A stretch of DNA of 64,000 nucleotides from Syntrophales bacterium (lineage in GTDB: Bacteria; Desulfobacterota; Syntrophia; Syntrophales; PHBD01), in contig OY764159.1 of the NCBI GenBank assembly GCA_963668175.1, positions 1,824,001 through 1,888,000 on the forward strand, given 5' to 3'. Shown piece by piece: positions 1 to 9,874 of this stretch (its first letter is position 1; each line of letters starts with the position of its first letter). A program made the position numbers and the translations under genes. A model generated the notes under the pieces. The model worked only from the letters and a program-made list of their open reading frames with translations. It was not told where the DNA came from and did not search any database.

Positions 1-2
1 TC

Positions 3-584
3 CAGGTCAGGAATTCCGGGGCCGATGTTCTTGTCATCACCTGCGCCGGTTTCGACAATGTCGCCTTAATGAAACAGCTTGCCGAATACAAGATCTACGA
101 CAAGGTCAAGGTCTGGTACACGCTGATGGAATACGTCGATATGTGGCCGCTGGCGAAGGCCGAACGGCAGCCTTACGTGATGGCGGAAGTGTACTGGAAT
201 GAAAACGCCCAGACGCGCGCCTGGACGGAGAAATTCAACAAGAAGTACCCCAAGGCCGCATGCCCCGTGCTGGATAACGGAAATTACAACGGCTGGCTGG
301 CCATGAAGGCCCTCCTCGAAGGCATTAAAAAGGCGGGAACGGCCGACGACGTGGAAAAGGTCATCCGCGCCATGGAAGGCATGACGATCAAGGACAATCT
401 CCGCGCAAACCCGACTTACATAAGACCCTGGGACCATTCGTTCCTGACCCAGGTTGTGCTGGGAAAGGCGAATCCCAACGCCAACGGTACGGATCTCTAT
501 GAAATCAAGGCCATCACTCCGGCAGACAAGGTCGCCCGGACAAAGAGCGAAAATCCCGTCGATGTAAGCAGTAAGAAGAAGTAG
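3..584 (+). CDS. Branched-chain amino acid-type ABC transporter substrate-binding protein (5'-truncated by window)
   Basis: Frame is open from the window start (QVRNSGADVLVITCAGFD...MKQ). C-terminal half resembles LivK/peripla_BP_6 (YNGWLAMKALLEGIKKAGTADDVEKVIRAMEG). Lies directly upstream of livHMGF-like genes. Confidence 0.85.
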   Translation, partial: QVRNSGADVLVITCAGFDNVALMKQLAEYKIYDKVKVWYTLMEYVDMWPLAKAERQPYVMAEVYWNENAQTRAWTEKFNKKYPKAACPVLDNGNYNGWLAMKALLEGIKKAGTADDVEKVIRAMEGMTIKDNLRANPTYIRPWDHSFLTQVVLGKANPNANGTDLYEIKAITPADKVARTKSENPVDVSSKKK

Positions 585-600
585 AATTCGAGATTTACAG

Positions 601-640
601 GGAAGGGAGCTGTGATGCGCCGCTATTGCAGCTCCCTTCC
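601..640 (+). other. Strong intercistronic stem-loop after the binding-protein gene (mRNA stabiliser or attenuator)
   Basis: GGAAGGGAGCTGTGAT...ATTGCAGCTCCCTTCC inverted repeat between the SBP and first permease gene, a common position in ABC operons. Confidence 0.6.
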
Positions 641-667
641 TAACTCATCATCATCAGAGGTAAAATC

Positions 668-1540
668 ATGGATATCATGTTGCTTGTTTCACTCCTTCTC
701 AACGGCATTTCTCTCGGCCTTGTTTATGCCGCCGTCGCCATGGGCTTCAGCCTGGTTCTCGGTATGTCGGGGGTCATCAACTTCTGTCACGGCGTCATGT
801 TTGCTTTCGGCGCTTATTTCTTCTGGATTCTTAACGAATACATCGGATTCTGGCCGTCGGTCGTTGTGGTGCCCCTCTGCGTAGCCATTATCGGCTTTCT
901 CATCGAGCGCCTTCTCATCCGGCGTGTTTACGGGCTCGATCCGCTCTTCGGCTTGTTGATCACCCTGGGTTTTTCCATAGCGCTGGAGGAGTTGATCCGG
1001 ATGATCTTCGGACCGGCGTCCCACAATGTGAGCGCACCCGCCTTCGCCGACGGCGCCGTCATCATCGGGGACTTCGTGTATTCCAAATATCGCCTGTTTA
1101 TCGGTGTGTTCGCCGCCATCATGCTCGGCGCCACCTGGTTCCTGATCAGCAAGACGAATTTCGGCGCCATCGTCAAGGCGGGCATGTTCGACAGCGAAAT
1201 GGTCGGCAGTCTGGGACACAACCTGCCGAAACTCAGAACGACGGTATTCATACTGGGCACGGCAATTGCCGGCTTCTCCGGAATCCTGGCGGCCCCCATC
1301 TGGAGCATCAAGTCCGGCATGGGTTCCGCGATCCTGATGCCGTCGTTTATGATCGTGCTCATGGGCGGTCTGGGCAGCATTCCCGGTACGGTGATCGGCG
1401 GCCTTCTTGTCGGAGTGATCACCGCCCTCGGCAGTCTGGTGTTTCCCCGTTTTGTCGATATTATTCCCTATGTGCTCCTGGTCATCGTTCTGTATTTCCG
1501 CCCCCGGGGATTTTTCGGCGAGCAGAATATCAACGATTGA
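668..1540 (+). CDS. livH: Branched-chain amino acid ABC transporter permease (LivH family)
   Basis: LLNGISLGLVYAAVAMGFSLVLGMSGVINFCHG and GGLGSIPGTVIGGL motifs; hydrophobic, 290 aa. Confidence 0.9.
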   Translation: MDIMLLVSLLLNGISLGLVYAAVAMGFSLVLGMSGVINFCHGVMFAFGAYFFWILNEYIGFWPSVVVVPLCVAIIGFLIERLLIRRVYGLDPLFGLLITLGFSIALEELIRMIFGPASHNVSAPAFADGAVIIGDFVYSKYRLFIGVFAAIMLGATWFLISKTNFGAIVKAGMFDSEMVGSLGHNLPKLRTTVFILGTAIAGFSGILAAPIWSIKSGMGSAILMPSFMIVLMGGLGSIPGTVIGGLLVGVITALGSLVFPRFVDIIPYVLLVIVLYFRPRGFFGEQNIND

Positions 1541-1615
1541 AGCCGGGGAGTCGGCAGGTATATCCGGATTTCGATACGGTCCGGGCTGTAATTTGAGTTG
1601 GGAGGAATCTGTAGC

Positions 1616-2545
1616 ATGAAAAAATTTCTGAAAGATCCATATCTCTGGATTTTCCTGATCTTCGCTTTCTATCCGATGCTGCCTTATATCGGTAATTTCA
1701 CGTCGCTGGGTACGGAACTTTTGCTTTGGTTCATCTTCACCCTGAGCTTCAACCTTTGCCTGGGGTATACGGGGTTGCCGTCGTTCGGCCATGGCGCCTT
1801 TTACGGTCTCGGATCTTACGGCGCCGCCCTGGTATTCCTTCGCGTCTTCGACAACAGCGGCTTCGTCGTTCCGTTGATTGCCGGCACGCTGATCGGCGGT
1901 ATTTTTGCCGCATGTCTCGGTTATGTCATCCGCAACAAGAAGGGCGTCTATTTTGCCCTGCTGACGGTCGTGTTTACCCAGGTGTTGTTCAGCATCTGCT
2001 GGCGGTGGGATGCCGTGACCGGCGGAGAATCGGGACTCATGGGAATCTCCCGTGCCGATTTTCTGGGGCTTGATCTGAAGGACCCGATCATTTTCTACTA
2101 TCTGGTACTGGCCGTCTTCGCCGTTTGTGCGATCGTTATCAGGATGATCGCCGATTCGTCTTTCGGGATGTCTTTGAAGGCCATCCGTCAGAATCCCGTA
2201 CGGGCCCAGTACCTCGGATACAATACGGGGAATTTTAAATTTGCCGTCTATGTTATTTCCGGACTTTTCGCCGGCCTGGCCGGCGGGCTTTACTGCTTCC
2301 TGACCGGCTCGGCGTTTGCCGACAGTCTCGACTGGGTTAAATCCGGGGACGTCGTCATCGCCACCCTGCTCGGCGGCGGCACGGTGAGTTTCTACGGTCC
2401 GATCGTCGGGACCATCATATTCCTGGTGGCCAAGGAGCTGATCAGCGCCTTTTGGGATCATTGGGCCCTTCTGTACGGCCTTTCCTTTGTCATCATCATT
2501 CTGGCCTTTCCCACAGGGCTTCTGGGCATGTTCAAGAAAAGCTGA
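1616..2545 (+). CDS. livM: Branched-chain amino acid ABC transporter permease (LivM family)
   Basis: FNLCLGYTGLPSFGHGAFYGLG and FGMSLKAIRQNPVRAQYLG motifs; ATG 1616 follows a GGAGG RBS. Confidence 0.9.
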   Translation: MKKFLKDPYLWIFLIFAFYPMLPYIGNFTSLGTELLLWFIFTLSFNLCLGYTGLPSFGHGAFYGLGSYGAALVFLRVFDNSGFVVPLIAGTLIGGIFAACLGYVIRNKKGVYFALLTVVFTQVLFSICWRWDAVTGGESGLMGISRADFLGLDLKDPIIFYYLVLAVFAVCAIVIRMIADSSFGMSLKAIRQNPVRAQYLGYNTGNFKFAVYVISGLFAGLAGGLYCFLTGSAFADSLDWVKSGDVVIATLLGGGTVSFYGPIVGTIIFLVAKELISAFWDHWALLYGLSFVIIILAFPTGLLGMFKKS

Positions 2546-2614
2546 TTCATCGTGATGAATATTCGGGCGTATGAAAAGAATACCTAATCTACAAAATTCT
2601 AGAGGATACATAAG

Positions 2615-3376
2615 ATGTCACTATTTTCCATCAAGGGATTAACAAAACGATTCGGCTCCGTCGTGGCGACAGACCATGTGGATCTGGAGATAGAAGAGGC
2701 GGGCCTCCTCTCCATTATCGGACCCAATGGCGCGGGGAAAACGACATTTTTCAATCTGCTCACCGGATTTCACAAGCCCGATGAGGGCAAGATTGTTTTT
2801 AAAGACAAAGACATCACGGGACTCGATCCAGACAAGATCATCAAACACGGCATATCGAGGTCTTTCCAGGTCGTCAGCCTGTTCAACGAGATGACGGTTC
2901 TGGATAACGTACGTATCGGCGTGCAGAGCAATTTGGGATTCAAGGGCAAGCTGTTCTCCAATTTCCAGAAGAACACCAAGGTTATCGACGCGTCTCTTGC
3001 CATCCTGGAAAGGGTGAAGCTGACGGGTATCAAGGACCATCTGGTGACGGCGATTTCGCATGGCGACCGCAAGATCCTGGATCTGGCCATGTCCCTGACG
3101 ACGCAACCCGATGTCCTGCTGCTGGACGAACCCATGAGCGGTTTGGCGAAAGGCGAGAGGATCAGGATCAAAGACCTGATTATCAACGATTTCAAGAAGA
3201 ACATGAAACTCATCATCGTCGAGCACGATATGGATGCGGTATTCACGCTTTCCGACAACATCCTCGTGCTCAATCAGGGAGCGGTTCTCGCGCTGGGCAC
3301 GCCGGATGAAATATCATGCAATGAAAGCGTACAGGACGCTTATCTAGGAGCCAGAAACAATGACTGCAATGCTTGA
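2615..3376 (+). CDS. livG: ABC transporter ATP-binding protein (LivG family)
   Basis: Walker A GPNGAGKTT, Walker B LLLDEP, IVEHDMDAV, C-terminal VQDAYLG. Confidence 0.92.
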   Translation: MSLFSIKGLTKRFGSVVATDHVDLEIEEAGLLSIIGPNGAGKTTFFNLLTGFHKPDEGKIVFKDKDITGLDPDKIIKHGISRSFQVVSLFNEMTVLDNVRIGVQSNLGFKGKLFSNFQKNTKVIDASLAILERVKLTGIKDHLVTAISHGDRKILDLAMSLTTQPDVLLLDEPMSGLAKGERIRIKDLIINDFKKNMKLIIVEHDMDAVFTLSDNILVLNQGAVLALGTPDEISCNESVQDAYLGARNNDCNA

Positions 3377-4076
3377 ACTACGTGATGTCAACAGTTTTTA
3401 CAGTGACGCCCATATCCTATTCAACATCAATCTGAAGATAGAAGAAGGGCAGTTGGTCGGACTTTTCGGCCGGAACGGCGCCGGGAAAACCACGGTGCTC
3501 CGAAGCATCATGGGCTTGACGCCCCCGCGCTGCACGGGGGAGATCATCTATCAGAACGAAAGCATCAAGAACCTGCCCCCCTTCAAGATTGCGATCAAGG
3601 GCATCGGATTCGTGCCCGAGGATCGTAAGATATTTCCCAACCTGACGGTTAAGCAGAACCTGATCGTGGGAAGAAAAGAAAAACGCATCGAGAAAAAGTG
3701 GGACCTCGACGAGGTCTATGCCTTCTTCCCCAAACTGAAGATCCTGGAAAACAATCTCGGCTGCGAAATGAGCGGCGGCGAGCAACAGATGCTCACGGTC
3801 GCCAGGGCGATGATGGGCGATCCGGATCTGATGCTGCTCGATGAGCCGACGGAAGGTCTGGCGCCGATGATCGCCGACAATCTGATCGAGATGATTGTCA
3901 AGATTAAAAACGAATTCCCGATCAGTATGGTTGTGGTCGAGCAATTTTCGCCGAAGTTTTTGGATTACCTTGACGTCTGCTATGTGATGGAGATGGGACA
4001 GATCATTTTCGGCGGGGATCCTCAAGTGTTGAAGAAGGACGAGGCGCTCCAGAGACAGCTGCTCGGTGTGGGATAA
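3360..4076 (+). CDS. livF: ABC transporter ATP-binding protein (LivF family)
   Basis: GRNGAGKTT, MSGGEQQML, LLDEPTEGLAP; overlaps livG. Confidence 0.92.
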   Translation: MTAMLELRDVNSFYSDAHILFNINLKIEEGQLVGLFGRNGAGKTTVLRSIMGLTPPRCTGEIIYQNESIKNLPPFKIAIKGIGFVPEDRKIFPNLTVKQNLIVGRKEKRIEKKWDLDEVYAFFPKLKILENNLGCEMSGGEQQMLTVARAMMGDPDLMLLDEPTEGLAPMIADNLIEMIVKIKNEFPISMVVVEQFSPKFLDYLDVCYVMEMGQIIFGGDPQVLKKDEALQRQLLGVG

Positions 4077-4154
4077 CCGGTCGATAATATCCCGTTTCAC
4101 AATAACCGTAAATAAACGGCCGACCAATAAAATCGGTATGAGGAGGATTGTATC

Positions 4155-5294
4155 ATGTATCTTTTGCAGAGTGAAGAACAGCGGATGTTTGCGGATCAAC
4201 TGAGAAAAATGGTCGTCGATAAGGTCGCGCCCCGGGCGGCTGAAATAGATGAAAAAGAGGAATTCCCCTGGGATTTAAAGAAAATATTCCAGGACATGGG
4301 GCTCCTCGGTCTCTCCGTTCCCGAGAAATTCGGCGGAACGGACCAGGGACACATCTATACCTGCCTCGCCGTTGAAGAGATTGCCCGGGCATGCGTCAGT
4401 TCTTCCCTGATCGTACAAGGGCAGTCCCTGGGTTGGGAACCGATTCTCATCGGGGGAACGGAGGAACAGAAGAAGAAATACGGGCCCATGGTCTCGTCCG
4501 GAGAGGTCATCATCTCTTACGGATTGACGGAGCCCAGCGCCGGTTCCGATTCCGGGGCCATGAAGACCCGCGCCGTCAAGAAAGGCGACAAATACATCAT
4601 CAATGGAACAAAATGCTTTATTACGAATGGTCCCGTGGCCAATCTGATTACGGCCTTTGCCATGACGGACGCATCGAAAGGCGTCAAGGGGATAAGCGCG
4701 TTCGTGGTGCCGACCGATTCGCCGGGCTTTTCCGTTGCCAAGTGGGAGAAGAAGATGGGCATCAAAGGCTCGCCGACGGGGGAGCTGGTTTTTGAAGATG
4801 TCGAAATCCCGGAAGAAAACCTCATCGGTGCGGAAGGCAAAGGGTTCATTTACGCCATGAAGACGCTCGATACGTCGCGGCCCGTTATCGGCGCGCAAGC
4901 CTGCGGCGTGGCCCGCGGCGCGCTGGAACTGGCGATTAAGTACTCGCAGGAACGGGTGCAGTTCGGAAAGCCGATCGGCCATTTCCAGGGGATCGGCTGG
5001 ATGCTGGCGGATATGGCCGCCGAAATCGAAGCGGCAAGGAGTCTTGTATATCAGGCGGCCAGGCTGATCGACGAAGACAATCCCAACAAGAGTTATCTTT
5101 CCGCAGCATCCAAGCTTGTCGCGTCGAACACCGCGATGAAAGTGACGACCGAAGCCCTCCAGGTCGCCGGCGGTTACGGATACATGAAGGAATACCCCTT
5201 TGAGCGCATGATGCGCGACGCAAAAATCACCCAGATTTATGAGGGAACGAATCAAATCATGAAATTGATCATTTCCAGGGAACTGATGAAGTAG
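4155..5294 (+). CDS. Acyl-CoA dehydrogenase
   Basis: [48 protein letters not shown] (catalytic Glu present). Confidence 0.93.
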   Translation: MYLLQSEEQRMFADQLRKMVVDKVAPRAAEIDEKEEFPWDLKKIFQDMGLLGLSVPEKFGGTDQGHIYTCLAVEEIARACVSSSLIVQGQSLGWEPILIGGTEEQKKKYGPMVSSGEVIISYGLTEPSAGSDSGAMKTRAVKKGDKYIINGTKCFITNGPVANLITAFAMTDASKGVKGISAFVVPTDSPGFSVAKWEKKMGIKGSPTGELVFEDVEIPEENLIGAEGKGFIYAMKTLDTSRPVIGAQACGVARGALELAIKYSQERVQFGKPIGHFQGIGWMLADMAAEIEAARSLVYQAARLIDEDNPNKSYLSAASKLVASNTAMKVTTEALQVAGGYGYMKEYPFERMMRDAKITQIYEGTNQIMKLIISRELMK

Positions 5295-5392
5295 CGAAAA
5301 ATCGTTCATCGTCACATACCGACAAACGGCGGCTTCCGGGAGTATATGAGCCGCATAACGATCCCTGTTCAAAGGAAAGAAGATAGGATAAA

Positions 5393-6175
5393 ATGGAATA
5401 CAGAAATATCATCCTTCGGGTTGAAGCATCGGTTGCGGTCTTGACTTTCAACAGGCCCAATGCGTTGAATGCCATGAATGCGGAAACGTTGAATGAAATT
5501 CAGCATGCCCTATCGGTCTGTAAAAATAATGAAGCGGTCAAGGCCGTGGTTCTGACCGGTTCCGGCGAAAAGGCTTTTGTCGCCGGCGCCGATATCCGGG
5601 AAATGAAGGATATGTGCCCGGTGGATGCCCTGGCCCATATGGAGCTCGGCCACGAAATCATGCGTATGCTGGAAACCCTTCCCAAACCGACCATTGCAGC
5701 GGTCAACGGTTATGCTTTGGGGGGCGGGACGGAGATCGCCCTGTCCTGCGACATGAGATTCGCCGCCGAAAACGCCAGATTCGGCCAGCCGGAAATTCTC
5801 CTCGGCAGCATTCCCGGTTGGGGCGGAACCCAGCGCCTATCACGCATTATCGGGATGGGGCGCGCGAAAGAGCTCATTTACAGCGGCGAACAGATTGATG
5901 CGAAACGGGCGTTCGAGATCGGTTTGGTGAACCGGGTTTATCCTGCGGTCCAGCTGCTCCCGGAGACCGTTAAATTCGCCGCCAAACTTGCGGGCATGCC
6001 GGCTTTTGCCTTGAAAATGGCCAAGCACTCCATAAACTTCGGCTATGACATGTCTTTGGACAATGCAACAAGACTGGAAGCGGAGTGTTGCGCCCAGTGT
6101 TTCAGTACGGGCGACCAGAAAGAGGGAATGGGCGCCTTCATAGAGAAACGGAAGCCGAGTTTTACCGGCCGTTAA
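5393..6175 (+). CDS. Enoyl-CoA hydratase/crotonase
   Basis: AFVAGADI, AAVNGYALGGGTE, FGQPEILLGSIPGWGGTQRL; both catalytic Glu present. Confidence 0.92.
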   Translation: MEYRNIILRVEASVAVLTFNRPNALNAMNAETLNEIQHALSVCKNNEAVKAVVLTGSGEKAFVAGADIREMKDMCPVDALAHMELGHEIMRMLETLPKPTIAAVNGYALGGGTEIALSCDMRFAAENARFGQPEILLGSIPGWGGTQRLSRIIGMGRAKELIYSGEQIDAKRAFEIGLVNRVYPAVQLLPETVKFAAKLAGMPAFALKMAKHSINFGYDMSLDNATRLEAECCAQCFSTGDQKEGMGAFIEKRKPSFTGR

Positions 6176-6199
6176 TATAATGCGGAGGATGAATATAAA

Positions 6200-7300
6200 A
6201 TGATCACGGCAACGCTGTTCCCCGGAAAGTACATACAGGGTTATGACGCCATCCATGAACTGAAGGAACTGATTCCCCGATACGGCAAGAAAGGCTTCAT
6301 CATCTGCAGCCCTTCGGTGTCGGAGAAAGTCATGCCCGGCATCGATGCTTCGATAAAAGAAGCAATCCCCGTGGTCGTCGAGCAATTTACGCGGGAATGT
6401 TCGGACGAAGAGATTGCGCGCTTGGCGGCGATAGCCGGCAAGGAGGCCTGTGACGTCATTGTCGGCATCGGCGGCGGGAAAACCATCGATACGGCAAAAG
6501 CGGTGGCCCACACGATGAATGTACCCGTCATTATTGCCCCGTCGATTGCATCGACCGACGCCCCCTGCAGCGCCATGTCCGTCATTTATCGTCCGGATAC
6601 GGGGCGCATCAAGCGCCTCCTGATATTGCGCCGCAATCCGGACGTCGTGCTGGTCGATACGAAAATCATCGCGAATTCTCCGGAGAGGTTCCTCGTCGCG
6701 GGAATGGGGGACGCCCTGGCGACCTGGTTCGAGGCCGAGTCTTGCAGGATAAAGTATGCGAAGAACATGGTGAGAGCCCATAGCTCCATAACGGCCCAGA
6801 CACTGGCCCGTCTTTGCTATGATATGCTTCTGGAATACGGCCTTTCCGCGAAGATGGCCTGTAAACACCGTGTCGTCATTCCCGCTCTTGAGCATGTCGT
6901 TGAAGCCAATACCCTTTTGAGCGGTATAGGTTTTGAGAGCGTGGGCCTTGCGGCCGCCCATGCCATACAGGAGGGGCTGAATGTTCTGGACAAGGATCAT
7001 GCCTATTATCATGGAGAGAAAGTTGCCTTCGGCCTGCTGGTCTCTCTCTTCATGACGGACAAGCCGGCGGATATGATCGACGAGGTTTATTCGTTCTGCG
7101 AAGCGGTCGGTTTGCCCACGACCCTGGCTGACCTCGGCCTGGAGGGCGCTTCCGACGTCGATCTTGCCAAGGCGCTGTCGATTGTCTGTTCCGAGAAGGC
7201 AACCACCCGCAACGAGCTGATGCCCGTAACGCCTGAGCTGGTTGCTGCGGCGCTCAAGGTTGCCGACGCGGAAGGCCTGAGGAGAAAGGCACGGAACTAA
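6200..7300 (+). CDS. gldA: Glycerol dehydrogenase family (metal-dependent polyol dehydrogenase)
   Basis: FPGKYIQG, GIGGGKTIDTAK, ASTDAPCSA, GMGDALATWFEA, AAAHAI, HGEKVAFG. Confidence 0.88.
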   Translation: MITATLFPGKYIQGYDAIHELKELIPRYGKKGFIICSPSVSEKVMPGIDASIKEAIPVVVEQFTRECSDEEIARLAAIAGKEACDVIVGIGGGKTIDTAKAVAHTMNVPVIIAPSIASTDAPCSAMSVIYRPDTGRIKRLLILRRNPDVVLVDTKIIANSPERFLVAGMGDALATWFEAESCRIKYAKNMVRAHSSITAQTLARLCYDMLLEYGLSAKMACKHRVVIPALEHVVEANTLLSGIGFESVGLAAAHAIQEGLNVLDKDHAYYHGEKVAFGLLVSLFMTDKPADMIDEVYSFCEAVGLPTTLADLGLEGASDVDLAKALSIVCSEKATTRNELMPVTPELVAAALKVADAEGLRRKARN

Positions 7301-7572
7301 ATACAATATGATAATATGTAGCCGATCCCGGATATCCGGAAAGGGGAGGCATTAGACGAATTCGTCCGTTGTATCAATCATCCGCCGTTTCCGACGCGGT
7401 TGCGGGTAATGCCTGTCATGCCCTGCCGGCATCGGTCGGATGATCGGGTGATTTTGAAGCATATCCGGTTGATCTTCAATGCCGGGATCAACGGATATAA
7501 ACCCCGGTTTACGTCGTTCCCAGAGTCCTATAATCTGATGAACGTTTCAAACATATCATGTGGAGGCACGAT

Positions 7573-9024
7573 ATGGCACTCAAGACGCCTGAAGAGTACG
7601 AAGCAAGTCTGCGTAAAATGAACATGAAGATATACCTGATGGGCGAACGGGTGAAGGACCCGGTGGATCATCCCATCATCCGGCCTTCGATGAACTCCGT
7701 GAAGAAGACCTACGAGCTGGCCCTGGACCCGTCCTGCGAGGACCTGATGACGGCGACGTCGTCGCTGACGGGGAAGAAGATCAACCGCTTCTGCCATCTC
7801 CACCAGAACACGGACGACCTGATCAGGAAGGTGAAGATGCAGCGTCTGCTGGGCCAGCAGACGGCGGCGTGCTTCCAGCGGTGCGTCGGCATGGACGCGA
7901 TCAACGCCGTGGACTCGACGACCTTCGAAATGGACCAGAAGCTGGGGACGGAATACCACAAGCGCTTCCGGAACTTTCTCCTCAGGATGCAGGAGGAGGA
8001 TTGGACGGTGGACGGCGCCATGACGGACGTGAAGGGCGACCGCGGTCTGGCTCCGCACCAGCAGGCGGACCCGGACCTCTTTGTCCGCGTCGTCGAGAAG
8101 AATGACAGGGGGATCGTGGTGCGCGGGGCGAAGGCGCACCAGACGGGTGCGGTGAACTCGCACTGGGTTCTCGTGATGCCGACGATCGCCATGGGGAAGG
8201 ACGATGCGGACTATGCGGTGGCGTTTGTCGCCCCGGCGGACGCGGAGGGCATCTTCTACATCTACGGGCGGCAGTCCTGCGATACGCGGAAGCTGGAAGG
8301 CGGGACGATCGACGTGGGCAACGCGACCTACGGGGGTCACGAGGCGCTGATCGTCTTCGAGGACGTGTTCGTTCCTTGGGAGAACGTGCTCATGTGCGGG
8401 GAGTGGCAGTACAGCGGGCTGCTGGTGGAGCGGTTCGCCGGTTATCACCGTCAGAGCTACGGGGGCTGCAAGGTGGGCGTGGGAGACGTTTTGATCGGGG
8501 CGGCGGCGGTTGCGGCGGACTACAACGGAGCGGCGAAGGCGTCGCATGTGAAGGACAAGCTGATCGAGATGATGCACCTGAACGAGACGCTGTATTCGTG
8601 CGGGATTGCGTGTTCGTCGCAGGGGAGCAGGACGGCGTCGGGGACGTACCTGATCGACCTGTTGCTTGCGAACGTGTGCAAGCAGAACGTGACGCGCTAC
8701 CCCTACGAAATTGCGCGCCTGGCGCAGGACATCGCGGGAGGTCTCATGGTGACGATGGCTTCGGAGAAGGATCTGAAGCACCCGGAGATCGGGAAGGTGC
8801 TTGAGAAGTACATGAAGGGCAACGCAAGCGTGCCGGTGGAGAACCGTTGCCGGATGATGCGTCTGGTGGAGAACCTGACGCTGGGAACGGCGGCGGTGGG
8901 CTACCTGACGGAATCGATGCACGGGGCGGGTTCGCCTCAGGCGCAGCGGATCATGATCGCCCGCCAGGGCAACCTGGAACACAAGAAGAAGCTCGCCGAG
9001 AAGATCGCCGGGGTCAAGGAATAG
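7573..9024 (+). CDS. abfD: 4-hydroxybutyryl-CoA dehydratase / vinylacetyl-CoA isomerase family
   Basis: CFQRCVGMDA, GAMTDVKGDR, RGAKAHQTG, YHRQSYGGCKVG (Fe-S Cys/His ligands), ESMHGAGSPQAQR; ATG follows GGAGG. Confidence 0.9.
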   Translation: MALKTPEEYEASLRKMNMKIYLMGERVKDPVDHPIIRPSMNSVKKTYELALDPSCEDLMTATSSLTGKKINRFCHLHQNTDDLIRKVKMQRLLGQQTAACFQRCVGMDAINAVDSTTFEMDQKLGTEYHKRFRNFLLRMQEEDWTVDGAMTDVKGDRGLAPHQQADPDLFVRVVEKNDRGIVVRGAKAHQTGAVNSHWVLVMPTIAMGKDDADYAVAFVAPADAEGIFYIYGRQSCDTRKLEGGTIDVGNATYGGHEALIVFEDVFVPWENVLMCGEWQYSGLLVERFAGYHRQSYGGCKVGVGDVLIGAAAVAADYNGAAKASHVKDKLIEMMHLNETLYSCGIACSSQGSRTASGTYLIDLLLANVCKQNVTRYPYEIARLAQDIAGGLMVTMASEKDLKHPEIGKVLEKYMKGNASVPVENRCRMMRLVENLTLGTAAVGYLTESMHGAGSPQAQRIMIARQGNLEHKKKLAEKIAGVKE

Positions 9025-9261
9025 AAGCGGCATGACGGTCCGGATGCGATCCGGAATGGAATCGATTGCCGGATAGGAGTCTGGTTTGGATCTCAAACCT
9101 CACGTCGGCAGGCTCTTGCTGCCGCATCGTGACTCACGCCATGAAAGGGCCTTCGATCCAAAGAATATTTTGACAATGAGACTCCTGCGTTGTCGGCATG
9201 CGGTCGTTTCCCATCATTAAATCCGCTATGACGATAACGCCAAAAGATCGCATACATTACA

Positions 9262-9304
9262 CGTAATCAGCAGGTTGTCGGTTCGATCCCGGCAGGGCTT
9301 ACCA
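9262..9304 (+). pseudogene. 3' half of a tRNA-Thr(CGT)-like gene (remnant, possible att site)
   Basis: CGT-AA-TCAGC-AGGTT-GTCGG-TTCGATC-CCGGC-AGGGCTT-A-CCA gives anticodon, 3' anticodon stem, variable loop, intact T-arm, 7-nt acceptor strand, discriminator and CCA. No matching 5' half upstream. Confidence 0.6.
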
Positions 9305-9651
9305 CAGATACGGAGGGGTTGGCGATAAAAAATCGCTAACCCCTTTTGTTTTTCAAGCGCGTCGTTGTCCCGATGATCTTAACGGAGACGTCACGAGGCG
9401 GCTGCGGGCGTCGCTCGGCGCCATGCGCATCGGCCGGTTGCAGCATCACGTATCCGGCGATTATCTTCCCCGTAAGACAGACCGTGCAATCTTCTTCCCC
9501 ATTTTGGCCCTGTCTCAAATTATCTATTTTTGTACAATTCCATGCACTGCTCCGCAAGCAGCGGTTATTTCGCAGGATTATAAGATGGTCTCAGGCGGAT
9601 GCCGAATGGAGAAAAGGCGCCGCTGTATAAAATGATCCAGTCGCAGCATTG

Positions 9652-9668
9652 TGTCGCAAACAGCAACA
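9652..9668. promoter_or_regulatory. Putative enhancer site for a sigma54 activator
   Basis: Imperfect palindrome TGTCGC-AAACA-GCAACA (TGT-N11-ACA) about 40 bp upstream of a -24/-12 element. Confidence 0.45.
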
Positions 9669-9705
9669 TCGCATCATTTCCGCAGTTTATAGGCGTAACG
9701 CATCC

Positions 9706-9721
9706 TGGCACGGTTGGTGCT
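9706..9721 (+). promoter_or_regulatory. Sigma54 (-24/-12) promoter of the 9875-15884 operon
   Basis: TGGCACG-GTTG-GTGCT with correct GG-N10-GC spacing. Confidence 0.65.
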
Positions 9722-9874
9722 AAATCTGAAAATATTCGACGCTACAACCAATAGATAAGGATCCGCCGCGGGCTTCTCGATCACTCGTGGAAGTCAAAGG
9801 GAGTACCTCGGCCCGGAGAGGCCTGTGCCGTACTGCCCCTGACGAATATTCTTGCAAAGGAGAGATAATTACAC

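Noticed and set aside
4155..5294. Resemblance to the Syntrophus cyclohex-1-ene-1-carbonyl-CoA dehydrogenase
   Set aside because: It retains the standard YEGTNQ catalytic Glu, which as I recall that enzyme lacks; substrate left unassigned.
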